Positions 8,785 to 18,838 of a stretch of DNA of 64,000 bases are shown here, one piece after another. A program made the translations under genes and the position numbers. Each line of letters starts with the position of its first letter. The stretch's first letter is position 1. The notes beneath the pieces are model-generated. The model worked only from the letters and a program-made list of their open reading frames with translations. It was not told the DNA's origin and searched no databases. This DNA comes from Candidatus Cloacimonadales bacterium (GTDB lineage: Bacteria > Cloacimonadota > Cloacimonadia > Cloacimonadales > JAFGVF01). The stretch lies in assembly GCA_963677495.2 (NCBI GenBank), contig CAXXOU010000003.1, positions 128,001 through 192,000 on the forward strand, read 5' to 3'.

Positions 8785-11520
8785 CTAATCTACTGTGATA
8801 GACTTTGAAACATTCTTTGGAACATCCGGATGTACACCATGATCTTGAATTTTCATTCTGTCAAGGTACTCCATCTTTCTTATGCTCATTTTAAGTGCTA
8901 ATTGTTGCAATACCATCGATGATGAGAAGCAAACCATGATGTTGTCATCTGTCTTTGGTAGCGGTATATATAACCAATGATAGTATTTCTTGCCATCAAA
9001 TGGGTCTTGAGAACAGTTTTGGAATAGTTTCTCGTTATACTCAGCAATAACATAGGTGTTAGCACCTCTAATCTTATGCGTGTTAATCTGTGAAACAGTA
9101 AGATTCACGTCTCTCTCATCCGGTCCTGTAACATAGATGAGAGGGTAGTTTCTAAACATGCATTCAAAGTCAGTACTCTTTGCAATCATATCTTTAAATA
9201 GTTGAGTTCCTTTTTTTGAGAGATTGAAAGGCATAATTTGTGTATACGTAAAGTTCAATAGTTCACGAATAATCTTTCCAACCTCTTCAGGTTCAATACC
9301 TCTATTCTTAGCTTCTACAGCAACATCATCAATTACGCTAACTATGTTTTTGTACAATGAACGAAGACTCTTCATACCAAAAACAGTGTTCTTGCCAAGA
9401 ATGGTATTGGGACCATGTTTAAACTCAGAAGCTTCTCTACCTTCAGCATGGTTGAGTACAGTTTCGCGTATCTTAAGGGCTCCTTCCATAGCCACGCCAC
9501 TAATCTTAGTTGCAAGTAGGTGAAGTGAAGGTTCAAGATATATCTTCTTAGCAAGTTCATTAACCAAGTCATCTGTAGATTTGATTGTCACTTCAAGTAG
9601 AGCCGGAATCTTTCTCAGATTGTCTCTGTTCTTCTGTAAAGTAGATTCTATTCTTTCAATCTCTCTCTTACAGCACTTTTCCTCTTTCATTACTTCCAAC
9701 TTCATTTCAGCTGTCTTAATAGCAAGATAGAAGAAAATAGTAATCTGGTTAATGAAGCTCTTTGTTGCAGGAACAGCAATTTCCGGTCCACAGAAGATAG
9801 GAATAGCAACATCACTCTTCTCCTGACCCAATGTGGAATTCACATTATTTACTAGAACAGCACGTGTAATTTGAAGTTGGGAATCGATAATATCATTATA
9901 GATATCAATTAAGTCTTTTGTTTCACCGCTCTGGGAAACGCCAACTACAAGATCACCATCTTTAATACTATGGGAATACTCTCCTCTGAAATCACCGGGA
10001 AGTATTGGAATTATCTCAAAACCTGCTATTTCGTTGAAGAAATGTGCACCAATCTTAGTAGCATGATATGAAGTACCACAAGCAATTGAATATACAACTC
10101 CTCTCTTTTTAAGAGTATTCTTAAGAAGTGACATAAAGAGCTGTACTTTCTGATCGAACTCCTCAACATCTTTTACTTCAATGATTGAATCAAGTGCTTT
10201 AGAGAAAAGTAAACGTTTCTTATCAAACTCAGCTCCTGCTAACTCAATGAATAAGTTCTTTTCACTTGAGAAGAAATATTTTTCAATAAAGTTCTCTTTG
10301 ACAAGTTCATCGTAGATTGGAGCATATTTAGCTTCTATTTCAATCATCAGTTTCTCAGAATCTTCGGAATTAATAAATTCATCGTAGAGTTTCTGTTGAG
10401 CAGAGAATTTCGCTTGTTTTAGAATCTTTTCACTAATCTTTGTGATGTTCTTTCTCAATGACTCTTTATCAAGTAATTCAAGCATACGTCTACCGGTATT
10501 TGAGCCACCATCAAACATCTTTATAAGCTTTCCGGTAGATTCAACTTCAGCATGTATTTCCTGTTCCATAAAGTATTTGTATGGAGGGATAAGCTCTGTG
10601 TCTTCTGCTCTAAGTTTAGAACGGATAACTTTCTTCTCAATCTTCTGACCGCTCTTATAGATTTCATCATCTTTCTCAACATGTCTGAAAACTAAGTCCT
10701 TCTGGGCAAATATTTGATAAGCTCCTGGAGTATACTCAACAAACTCACCTTCACGTAAATTAACTAAATCCTTTGTGAATCTCAATACAGAAGTTAAATC
10801 GGAAGAAGCAAGAGAGAAGGGATTACCATCAATAACACCAACACCAAAGTACAGGCTTGAGCCGGCTTTTATCGCCCAACTTGTTTCAGTCATCGGATCA
10901 ACAATAACTGCTGCATAAGAGCCAACAGCTCTTTTAGCTGCACTTTGAATTGCAGTACGCATGGATTGAAGTCTTTTATCTTTCTTGCTCTGATCTGCTT
11001 TGGGAAGTTTGTTTAGTTCAATATCAAAGTAGTGTTCAATTGCATGTACAAGCATTTCTCCGTCATTATCAGAAAGAACTGTGTGACCATCTTTGGATAA
11101 GAAATCTTTAAGCTCTCTAGTATTTGTTATGTTTCCATTATGAGCACCGTAGATATTTCTACGACACTTAACTCTATGTGGCTGAGCATTCTTCTTATCA
11201 ACTGCACCAAATGTTGCCCATCTTACCTGACCACAGAAAAGTTTACCTTCCTGTTTCTCTATACCAAGTGTTTTAACGAGTGTACTTGGAGCACCAACAT
11301 CTTTTAAAAGCGTTATGTTTCCCTTATCATCTTGGAATACACCACCTGTTGAATCATATCCTCTGTATTCCAATGCCCTAAGCAATCTGCTTGAGTATTC
11401 ACCAAGTTTAAAAGTACTATCTTTTAAACTAAGACCAAGCACCCCACAACCGATACCAAAGATAGGTATTTTGACTTTAATTTCAACATTAGCCAATTTT
11501 CTAAGTATTTTCTTTATCAT
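8785..11520 (-). CDS. atypical long GlmS-like glutamine amidotransferase / SIS-domain protein
   Basis: CGVLG, LEYRGYDS, RWATFG, HNG, ACGTSYHA, SQSGETKD, PATKSF, EFKHGP, C-terminal KNVSKSITVD; 911 aa. Confidence 0.88.
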   Translation of the reverse strand: MIKKILRKLANVEIKVKIPIFGIGCGVLGLSLKDSTFKLGEYSSRLLRALEYRGYDSTGGVFQDDKGNITLLKDVGAPSTLVKTLGIEKQEGKLFCGQVRWATFGAVDKKNAQPHRVKCRRNIYGAHNGNITNTRELKDFLSKDGHTVLSDNDGEMLVHAIEHYFDIELNKLPKADQSKKDKRLQSMRTAIQSAAKRAVGSYAAVIVDPMTETSWAIKAGSSLYFGVGVIDGNPFSLASSDLTSVLRFTKDLVNLREGEFVEYTPGAYQIFAQKDLVFRHVEKDDEIYKSGQKIEKKVIRSKLRAEDTELIPPYKYFMEQEIHAEVESTGKLIKMFDGGSNTGRRMLELLDKESLRKNITKISEKILKQAKFSAQQKLYDEFINSEDSEKLMIEIEAKYAPIYDELVKENFIEKYFFSSEKNLFIELAGAEFDKKRLLFSKALDSIIEVKDVEEFDQKVQLFMSLLKNTLKKRGVVYSIACGTSYHATKIGAHFFNEIAGFEIIPILPGDFRGEYSHSIKDGDLVVGVSQSGETKDLIDIYNDIIDSQLQITRAVLVNNVNSTLGQEKSDVAIPIFCGPEIAVPATKSFINQITIFFYLAIKTAEMKLEVMKEEKCCKREIERIESTLQKNRDNLRKIPALLEVTIKSTDDLVNELAKKIYLEPSLHLLATKISGVAMEGALKIRETVLNHAEGREASEFKHGPNTILGKNTVFGMKSLRSLYKNIVSVIDDVAVEAKNRGIEPEEVGKIIRELLNFTYTQIMPFNLSKKGTQLFKDMIAKSTDFECMFRNYPLIYVTGPDERDVNLTVSQINTHKIRGANTYVIAEYNEKLFQNCSQDPFDGKKYYHWLYIPLPKTDDNIMVCFSSSMVLQQLALKMSIRKMEYLDRMKIQDHGVHPDVPKNVSKSITVD

Positions 11521-12212
11521 TATAACTCCGATTTATTCTCATTGATTAGTATTTTAGCTACCTCCAAATCAAGAGAATTGGTTATTTTTAAATTATTTAT
11601 TTCAGTTTCCAGTACATGCACCGGTTTATCAAAAATCTCATATATAGAAGCATCATCTGTGAATAAGGTTCCGGTTTCAATAGCTTTCAAATAGAATCCC
11701 ATTAATTCTTTATAGGGGAAAACTTGTGGAGTATGTACTTCTCTTAATGTTTCCCTTGGGATAGTTACTTTAACTAAGTCTCCAGTAACCTCTTTGATTG
11801 TGTATTTCACTTTTGATACAGGAATTACAGCCCCTTTCTCATCGGCAATAGATATAAGCTCAGAGATAAGTTTATCAGTAACAAATGGTCTAACTCCATC
11901 ATGAATAAGTACATTATCAGTTATTTTAGGGACACTTTTTAAGGCATTATACACCGAGTTCTGTCGTTCGTTTCCACCAATACAGCAAGTAATTTTTTCA
12001 GCACTAAATCTTCCATACAAAGCTGATTCAAATGATTCAATATCATCTTCTGGTAATGACACAACAATGTGATTTATAAGTCTATGACTATAGAATTTAT
12101 TGATCGTATGAAACAAGATAGGCTGGCCATTAAGTTCTCTATATTGCTTCTTCACATCCCCAGGTAATCTTTTTCCAGTACCCCCGGCAGTAATCACAAC
12201 AGTATTAAACAA
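11520..12212 (-). CDS. ispD: 2-C-methyl-D-erythritol 4-phosphate cytidylyltransferase
   Basis: AGGTGKR, GGNERQNSV, IHDGVRP, TPQVF, TDDAS, NLKIT. Confidence 0.95.
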   Translation of the reverse strand: MFNTVVITAGGTGKRLPGDVKKQYRELNGQPILFHTINKFYSHRLINHIVVSLPEDDIESFESALYGRFSAEKITCCIGGNERQNSVYNALKSVPKITDNVLIHDGVRPFVTDKLISELISIADEKGAVIPVSKVKYTIKEVTGDLVKVTIPRETLREVHTPQVFPYKELMGFYLKAIETGTLFTDDASIYEIFDKPVHVLETEINNLKITNSLDLEVAKILINENKSEL

Positions 12213-12214
12213 TA

Positions 12215-13168
12215 CTACCCCTTGATTCTATAAAAAGTTCCTCTTTCTTCTCGAACTGCTTCAATCTTTTCTTTTGTAAGCAAACTGTGAAGAACTTTAT
12301 TTACTTCATTTATATGACTATTTAGTGTTAGAGAAAGATCCTTACAAGTGCAAGGTCTCCTACTTATCATGCTAAGTATTTGATCTACTAAGTTGGCATT
12401 AAAGTTTTCGTAATCAACCTTAGTCTTAGCTCGAGCAATAATCTCAATTTGAGTATCAAACTCAAGATTATTAACAAAGTAGCTTTTAATTTCCTCTAAC
12501 CGTCCACGGGACATCATTTTCACCCATGCTTCCACACCTGGTCTATCTAGCGAATTTAACTGAACTCTATCCGGTTTGATTCGATTAATCGCATCAATTA
12601 ATAGTTTTAATTCTTCAGCAGAATCATTGACACTCTCAATCATGAATATTTCGAGCCATATTTGCCCATTAAAAACTGGTCTTAGTTCAACTAATGCATC
12701 TACAACATCTTCTATCACAACTTGCTCATTAGGTCTATTCATAACCTGAAAAGCCTCATGACTAACAGCATCTAAAGATGGCATAATCAAATCCAAATCT
12801 AAGACATTCTTAAAAACTTCATAATCCGGCAACATTACGCTGTTTGTTATCAATGCAAGTTTGTATTGGGGATATGTTGCTTTTATGTATTGAATCATAT
12901 CTCCGATACGACTGAATAGAGTAGGTTCACCGGACCCGGAGAACGTGATATAATCTAATTTAGGATTATTGCTAATAAAGTGATCAAGTTCAGATATTAT
13001 TTCATCATAAGAAACATACTCTTTTTTCTCAATTGTCAGATCGGTAGTCTCACCAACTTCACAATATACACAATTTAAAGGGCAAACCTTATAAGGTACC
13101 AAATCTATACCCAAAGAGACACCAAGTCTCCTCGAAATTACAGGTCCAAAAAGATGCTTATAATTCAT
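12215..13168 (-). CDS. radical SAM protein (COG0731-like) with C-terminal winged helix
   Basis: FGPVISRRLGVSLG, CPLNCVYC, FSGSGEPTL. Confidence 0.9.
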   Translation of the reverse strand: MNYKHLFGPVISRRLGVSLGIDLVPYKVCPLNCVYCEVGETTDLTIEKKEYVSYDEIISELDHFISNNPKLDYITFSGSGEPTLFSRIGDMIQYIKATYPQYKLALITNSVMLPDYEVFKNVLDLDLIMPSLDAVSHEAFQVMNRPNEQVVIEDVVDALVELRPVFNGQIWLEIFMIESVNDSAEELKLLIDAINRIKPDRVQLNSLDRPGVEAWVKMMSRGRLEEIKSYFVNNLEFDTQIEIIARAKTKVDYENFNANLVDQILSMISRRPCTCKDLSLTLNSHINEVNKVLHSLLTKEKIEAVREERGTFYRIKG

Positions 13169-13174
13169 AATTAT

Positions 13175-15427
13175 CTAGAAAGTAGTACCGAACTGGAAGT
13201 GTGGTTCCCAACTGTCTTCAGCAAAGTTATATGCCCAGTCAAATCCAATTAAACCAAATGGACTGCGAACACGAATACCTATACCGCCACCTTTCTTAAA
13301 CTCTAAGAAATTGTAATCCTTTAATGAGTTATAGCTGTCACCTGCATCAAAGAAGAGCAGGCCTATCAACTGGTCTCCACCAATTGGATATCCAATCTCA
13401 GTTGAGAAGATAATCTCTCTCGTTCCACCACCACTAGGTGCAACAGACCTGTCTCCATAACCTCTGATTCCATCGGGACCTGTACCACCAAGATAGAACT
13501 TCTCGTCCGGTGGGACATCATCTGAGCGACCATATTCTGTTACATATCCCATACGCCACTTAGTTCTGAGAACGAAGTCATAGAACATCTCTGCATACCA
13601 ATTGACTTGAGCTATCTGTTTATAGAAATCTGAGTCTCCCATGAATGGTCCACCGGCAAACTCACTGTAAAGAGTTAACTGTGTACCTTTTCGTGGGAAG
13701 AATATATTGTCTCTCGTATCCCTTGAGAAAGTAAGAGATACTGAGCTTGTGTAATTCCAATCTTTTTCGTCTAGTTCAATGAGAGCCTCATTCTGGTCAG
13801 CTTCTTCAAATACAGCTTCTTCGTCAGTAATTGAGTAACGTTTTGCATAGAAGGAATATCGGCCAACAACTTTACTTCTGTTCAAGAAGTAGATTGGGCG
13901 ACCTAAACGAATAGATCCACCACGAGTAAACACATCATAGTAATCATCCGGATATTCTTTTTCTACAAGATAGATGTTGTAACCAAAGAGTGTGTTTGTA
14001 TCAAATATATGTGGATTTGTGAAATCCCAATTGAAGTTTTGTGAACTACCACCAAACTCCCAACTAAAGGATGTACTCCAATGGTTACCGAAAAGATTAT
14101 TATGAGAAAGTGATAATTGTCCCACAAAACTATCTTGGCTATTATAACCAATACCACCGTTTATTGTACCTGAAGTTGAGTCTTTGACTTTAATTACAAG
14201 GTCAATATCACCATCTTTGTTTATAGGTCGATAATCCGGTCTGATATCCGGTTCAAAGAAACCCATGTTATAAATATTCTGTTGTGATCTAATCACTTTA
14301 GATTGTTTAAAGTAGTCTCCCGGAGCAATACTTAGTTGTCTTCGTATAACTTTCTCTTTGGTTCTAGTGTTACCAACAATTGAGATCTTTCTAACTTTAG
14401 CTCTATTGTTTTCAGTAATATCAAGCTTAATATCAACCATGTTATCATATTTCTCCAAAACATGGTCAAACTGTGAATATATATAACCCTCTTCATAATA
14501 CATAGAAGAAACAGAGTATAGTTCTTTATCAAACTTCTCCATATTGAAAGGTTCATCTTTCTTGAGAGTAAACTTTTCAAGAATTGTTTCTTCAGTGAAT
14601 CTATCGTTACCGGTTACAGTAATTTTGCCGAAATTGTATTTAATCCCTTCATTAACTCTGATAGTTATGGCAAGGAATCTATCATCTATCTTTTCAATCT
14701 TATCAGATACAATTCTAGCATCAATGAAACCAAGTTTATTATAATAAGCAATAATTGCTTTTAAATCTGTTTGATACTTCTCTTCTTCATACTTACCGGT
14801 ACGGAAGAGACTAGCCCTTTTGGTTTTCATCTTCTTGAGAATCTTCTTCTCTTCTACCTGGTCATTTCCAACAATGTTAATCTTCTTAATCTTAACTTTA
14901 CGACCATCATGGAACACAATCGTAAGATTAACTTTATTATCATCTTTCTCTTTTACTACATAATCGACCTGTGCATTATGATAACCTTTCTCTTCCAGCT
15001 TTGAGAGTAGCTTTTCAGTGTTGGACATTCGAAGATGTGGTGACCAGTAACTTCCTTTACGGATATTAATTGTTTCTTCAACTTCTTTAGTAGATAAAGC
15101 TTTGTTCCCTTTAAAAACCAGTTTTTTAACTATTGGATATTCCTTTACGCGGATGACAATTTCAACACCTGATTGCTTAGGTTCTGACTCAATGCGTATA
15201 TCTTCAAACACTTTAAGATTATAGAGATTCTTAATGGTTTTTTGAACATCGTCACCTGAATAATTCGTACCTACTTTTATGCTAGATGCACTTATAATTA
15301 GTGATTCATCCACATTCTGATTTCCAATGACAGTAACATCATAAACTAATTCTCCAACTGCCATTAGCAGGGAGCAGAAAGCTGTTATAACTATCAGGAT
15401 AAGCATTTTTTTCATCCTGAGATTCAT
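13175..15427 (-). CDS. bamA: outer membrane protein assembly factor BamA
   Basis: Signal peptide, POTRA repeats (GNTRTKEKVIRR), IRGY motif, C-terminal FQFGTTF. Confidence 0.95.
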   Translation of the reverse strand: MNLRMKKMLILIVITAFCSLLMAVGELVYDVTVIGNQNVDESLIISASSIKVGTNYSGDDVQKTIKNLYNLKVFEDIRIESEPKQSGVEIVIRVKEYPIVKKLVFKGNKALSTKEVEETINIRKGSYWSPHLRMSNTEKLLSKLEEKGYHNAQVDYVVKEKDDNKVNLTIVFHDGRKVKIKKINIVGNDQVEEKKILKKMKTKRASLFRTGKYEEEKYQTDLKAIIAYYNKLGFIDARIVSDKIEKIDDRFLAITIRVNEGIKYNFGKITVTGNDRFTEETILEKFTLKKDEPFNMEKFDKELYSVSSMYYEEGYIYSQFDHVLEKYDNMVDIKLDITENNRAKVRKISIVGNTRTKEKVIRRQLSIAPGDYFKQSKVIRSQQNIYNMGFFEPDIRPDYRPINKDGDIDLVIKVKDSTSGTINGGIGYNSQDSFVGQLSLSHNNLFGNHWSTSFSWEFGGSSQNFNWDFTNPHIFDTNTLFGYNIYLVEKEYPDDYYDVFTRGGSIRLGRPIYFLNRSKVVGRYSFYAKRYSITDEEAVFEEADQNEALIELDEKDWNYTSSVSLTFSRDTRDNIFFPRKGTQLTLYSEFAGGPFMGDSDFYKQIAQVNWYAEMFYDFVLRTKWRMGYVTEYGRSDDVPPDEKFYLGGTGPDGIRGYGDRSVAPSGGGTREIIFSTEIGYPIGGDQLIGLLFFDAGDSYNSLKDYNFLEFKKGGGIGIRVRSPFGLIGFDWAYNFAEDSWEPHFQFGTTF

Positions 15428-15579
15428 ATATCCTCCAAAGGTTGGTTTCTAAAACTTTGATTTAGACTACTTGCTATAATATTCATTTTTCGTAAAGGAT
15501 TTTTTCGCCATTGTATTTTTGTACCACTACTGTATTGTGCACAACTCATCAATTCAGTCATTTACTTACTCTAAACAAC

Positions 15580-15610
15580 AAAACGGGACCGTTGCAAAGT
15601 CCCGTTTTTT
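15580..15610 (-). terminator. rho-independent terminator after PDZ gene
   Basis: aaaacgggac...gtcccgtttt hairpin. Confidence 0.7.
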
Positions 15611-15635
15611 GTTCACACACTACTACAAAGGGAGG

Positions 15636-16832
15636 TTATACCTGTTCTTTGTTAATTTGCTTTTTAAAGAATAAATCTATCTCTTCCTCTTCAGGAATAC
15701 TTTCTTTGAATTCTTCTAGCCATTCATCGACATCAAGGTCTTTGAAGAACTCTTTAATCTTAGGAATTGTTCCTTCGTTGAATAGCTCTGTCTCTTTACC
15801 ATCAATGATAAATCTTACTCCATTCTCATCGACTGTTAAATCAAATGAGTTCCCAGATTTCTTTGCTCCTAGCTTCATCTCTACTGTTTTCTTTTTCTTT
15901 CCGGAAATCACAGTTACTTCAATAACTTCGTTTTCTTTTTTTTCGTTGAGAATTCCATCAATCATCTCAATTGACTTAACTTTCTTTTTATTGATTTGAA
16001 CAATCTTATCACCTTTCTTTAGATTTGCTCTATCAGCTTGTGATTTTTCTTCAACAGCTGCTACAACAATGTCTCCATCAATCTCTTCTACTTTTAAACC
16101 TAATCTATCGAAACTATCACTGAATTTAAGGACAGTCACTTTATCAGGCATCACAGAGAAATCATAATTTAAGAAGTTACCACCGAACTCTTCAGTGACT
16201 ATTGGCTTAGAACCAAGTTTCATTGAAACACTATGTTCTTTACCATCTCGTATATACTTAATTGAAACCTCTGTATCAGGTTTATAAGTTCCCAAAACTT
16301 TACTCAATTGATCAGGAGTGTATAGCTTATCTTTGTTGATTGAAAGAAGTACATCTTCCTTCTTAAGTCCCGCTTCTTCAGCACTGGAGCCTTCAACAAT
16401 TCGGCTAATATACAATCCATAATTCTTATCTATCTTCTTTTGACGTTCTTCAGTGATTCCATGCACTACCACTCCAAGAAAGGTTTTCATTGGTACCTTT
16501 TTCTCTTCTAATGTGCATTTAATGGTTATCTCTTTCTTAGCTCGAACAACTTCAAGCTTAAGTTTGTTTCCAATCTCTTTAGATTTAATCATCTTCTTCA
16601 ACTGATCGGTAGTATAGACCTTCTCTCCATCTAATTTCTGTAAAAGATCTCCACTTTTTAATCCCGACTTCTCAGCTGGTGAATCTTTATCTACTGAGAA
16701 AACTTCTACTCCAAACTCAACATTCTCTTTTGGCTCCATAATAGTTATTCCCAACCAAGGTGAAGCACTCAAAACTGATATAGAGATGAGTAATACTAGT
16801 GTAAATATAAGATTCTTTAACAACGGCAGCAT
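15636..16832 (-). CDS. secreted protein with three PDZ domains and no protease domain
   Basis: Signal peptide; WLGI...SPAEKSGLKSGD, FLGV...SSAEEAGLKKED, RLGL...SQADRANLKKGD. Confidence 0.88.
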   Translation of the reverse strand: MLPLLKNLIFTLVLLISISVLSASPWLGITIMEPKENVEFGVEVFSVDKDSPAEKSGLKSGDLLQKLDGEKVYTTDQLKKMIKSKEIGNKLKLEVVRAKKEITIKCTLEEKKVPMKTFLGVVVHGITEERQKKIDKNYGLYISRIVEGSSAEEAGLKKEDVLLSINKDKLYTPDQLSKVLGTYKPDTEVSIKYIRDGKEHSVSMKLGSKPIVTEEFGGNFLNYDFSVMPDKVTVLKFSDSFDRLGLKVEEIDGDIVVAAVEEKSQADRANLKKGDKIVQINKKKVKSIEMIDGILNEKKENEVIEVTVISGKKKKTVEMKLGAKKSGNSFDLTVDENGVRFIIDGKETELFNEGTIPKIKEFFKDLDVDEWLEEFKESIPEEEEIDLFFKKQINKEQV

Positions 16833-16842
16833 GATTTCCTCC

Positions 16843-17316
16843 TTACATGCCTGACTGATTTACGAGTTTGGTTTTAACCTGTTTCCCTCGTTCATCAAAC
16901 TCTGAAACAATCATGACTGCACCATTTCTTGGAGATTTATATCGTCTGATAACGTATGATTTATCTTCAACATATTGTTTCGGGTCTATCTGATTAGAGA
17001 TTTCCGGATTATTGATGGAAGTATATGATGAGTTAGCAAGATGTGAAGGTAAGTCTAACCTTTCTACATCAGGACCTTCATTTTTATTGAAAGCCATATT
17101 ATTCACCTTATAAGCCCAACCCGGATTCACAACCGAAACTACTCCAAACATTGCTAAAACAACAACAAGTGCAGTACCCAATCTCAGTAGCATTCTTCCG
17201 GCAGAACGATGCGGGATGAACTTGGCTATTAACAGCCGTCTAAGCTCGTGCTGGAATGGATCGTCCTTGAGTAAAGGCACCTCCATCTCTTCCAGTCTTT
17301 TTTTCAATTCATCCAT
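16843..17316 (-). CDS. putative anti-sigma factor (single TM)
   Basis: Overlaps ECF sigma stop; one TM helix; inferred from position. Confidence 0.6.
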   Translation of the reverse strand: MDELKKRLEEMEVPLLKDDPFQHELRRLLIAKFIPHRSAGRMLLRLGTALVVVLAMFGVVSVVNPGWAYKVNNMAFNKNEGPDVERLDLPSHLANSSYTSINNPEISNQIDPKQYVEDKSYVIRRYKSPRNGAVMIVSEFDERGKQVKTKLVNQSGM

Positions 17317-17863
17317 TTTCTATCTCCTCTATGCGGTCTCTTAACTTTTTCATAATACGGTGCATCCGTACCTTCAATGCTCCTTCTTTGACATTTAGAA
17401 TCTCCGCTATCTCTTGAAACTTCTTCTTCTCGAAATAACGCAACGACAGTAAGTCCTGCTCCGTCGGTTTCAGCGATTTCATCGCTTCCCGTACTAACTT
17501 GTACTCAGGCTTTTCAATATCCTCTGCATCTTTAGGCAGTTCGTTATGAACAATCTTTTTTTCTATCTTCATTATCCTCTGATTCTGTCTGTAATGCTGC
17601 CTGATCTCGTTAATAGCTATCCGGTAAAGCCAGGCTGAAAATGAACACTTATGAAACCATTGAAACCCACCTAATTTAGTCATAGCTTTGTAGAACACAT
17701 TCGATACTATTTCATATCGTGTGCTCTCATCCGCTACTCTATGAAACACATAGTTGTTTATAAGCGGGAAATAATGCTCATATAACTTGTCAAACGCATT
17801 TACATCGCGCTTGGCCAGTCTAATTAACTCTTTTTCATTTTCTATCACACTCACCTCGTTCAC
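17309..17863 (-). CDS. ECF-family sigma factor (start may be GTG at 17848)
   Basis: AFDKLYEHY, FSAWLYRIAIN, EIAEILNVKEGALKVRMHR. Confidence 0.93.
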   Translation of the reverse strand: MNEVSVIENEKELIRLAKRDVNAFDKLYEHYFPLINNYVFHRVADESTRYEIVSNVFYKAMTKLGGFQWFHKCSFSAWLYRIAINEIRQHYRQNQRIMKIEKKIVHNELPKDAEDIEKPEYKLVREAMKSLKPTEQDLLSLRYFEKKKFQEIAEILNVKEGALKVRMHRIMKKLRDRIEEIENG

Positions 17864-17870
17864 ATTCTAA

Positions 17871-17895
17871 AATGCAGTCAGTATGTTTAGTTACA
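17871..17895 (-). promoter_or_regulatory. putative ECF autoregulatory promoter (TGTAAC...GCATT)
   Basis: Minus strand tgtaactaaacatactgactgcatt immediately upstream of sigma. Confidence 0.45.
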
Positions 17896-17915
17896 AGAAT
17901 TGTAAAATTTAATTG

Positions 17916-18575
17916 TTACTCTACAGCTCCACCAATCTGAGGTGGTTCATAACTATCGTCTGCTGGCTCTGAAGGCTTAGGTCTATTGGGTTGCTTTTCA
18001 GGCACTTTCAATTCAAGATAGAATCCCGTTAAAGCCAAGTAGAAGTAGGGACCTACATATAGGACAAAGAGAATACCTGCAGTCATACCGGAAAGAATAA
18101 ACCATCCTAGATAGCTCATAATGAAATAAAATAACTCTTCTTTTCTACCTTCCATCATTGCCCGACTTCTTCGCATCACTTCCCTAAAGTCCAGATTAGG
18201 GTTTTCTGCAAGAATAAACCAGACCATACTATATCGCAAAGCAATGACAATACCAGGCACTACAAGTAATGCAAATCCTAGTACTGTTAATGCACCCACA
18301 CAAAAGTTAAGTATTAGAATATTGAAGAAATGTTTTGAATAGCCGGAGAACAGTTTTTCGATTGATGTTGATTGCTTCTTTTGGAGTTGAAGTAGTATTG
18401 TTGCCAAACCAAAAGGAATGGGTGATAATGCAATAAATGTTAATAACCCTGATTCCTCATTGATTGATGTTACAATTGATGGAATTAGCACTGCTAAAAG
18501 CACGCAAGGCATAATCAGGCCATAGTTCCTGTTCAATATTTCCTTTGATCGATTTTTGATTTCGTGTGTTTGCAT
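17916..18575 (-). CDS. DUF975-family membrane protein
   Basis: LLVVPGIVIALRYSMVWFILAENP...SRAMMEGRKEELF. Confidence 0.85.
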   Translation of the reverse strand: MQTHEIKNRSKEILNRNYGLIMPCVLLAVLIPSIVTSINEESGLLTFIALSPIPFGLATILLQLQKKQSTSIEKLFSGYSKHFFNILILNFCVGALTVLGFALLVVPGIVIALRYSMVWFILAENPNLDFREVMRRSRAMMEGRKEELFYFIMSYLGWFILSGMTAGILFVLYVGPYFYLALTGFYLELKVPEKQPNRPKPSEPADDSYEPPQIGGAVE

Positions 18576-18793
18576 CTCTTCCTCCTGTTCACTGAAAACT
18601 TACAATAAGATTACGTTCAAGTCAACAGTTTTATAACGCGTTCATCTTTATTATTAAAAAATAGTTTGAGGATTATTACAAACTTCGGTCTTGCTCAGTG
18701 ACAATAGCAATTAGCAAAAACGTAATAAGCACCCATACTAGAATTAGCGAATCCATTTCATCAGAGTAATCTGAGAAATCAGTGGAAATAAGA

Positions 18794-18818
18794 GAAGGCT
18801 CCCTTTCAGGAGCCTTTC
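18794..18818 (-). terminator. terminator-like hairpin after lipoprotein gene
   Basis: aaggctcc-ctttca-ggagcctt. Confidence 0.6.
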
Positions 18819-18838
18819 AAGTAATTATTTATCTAAAA

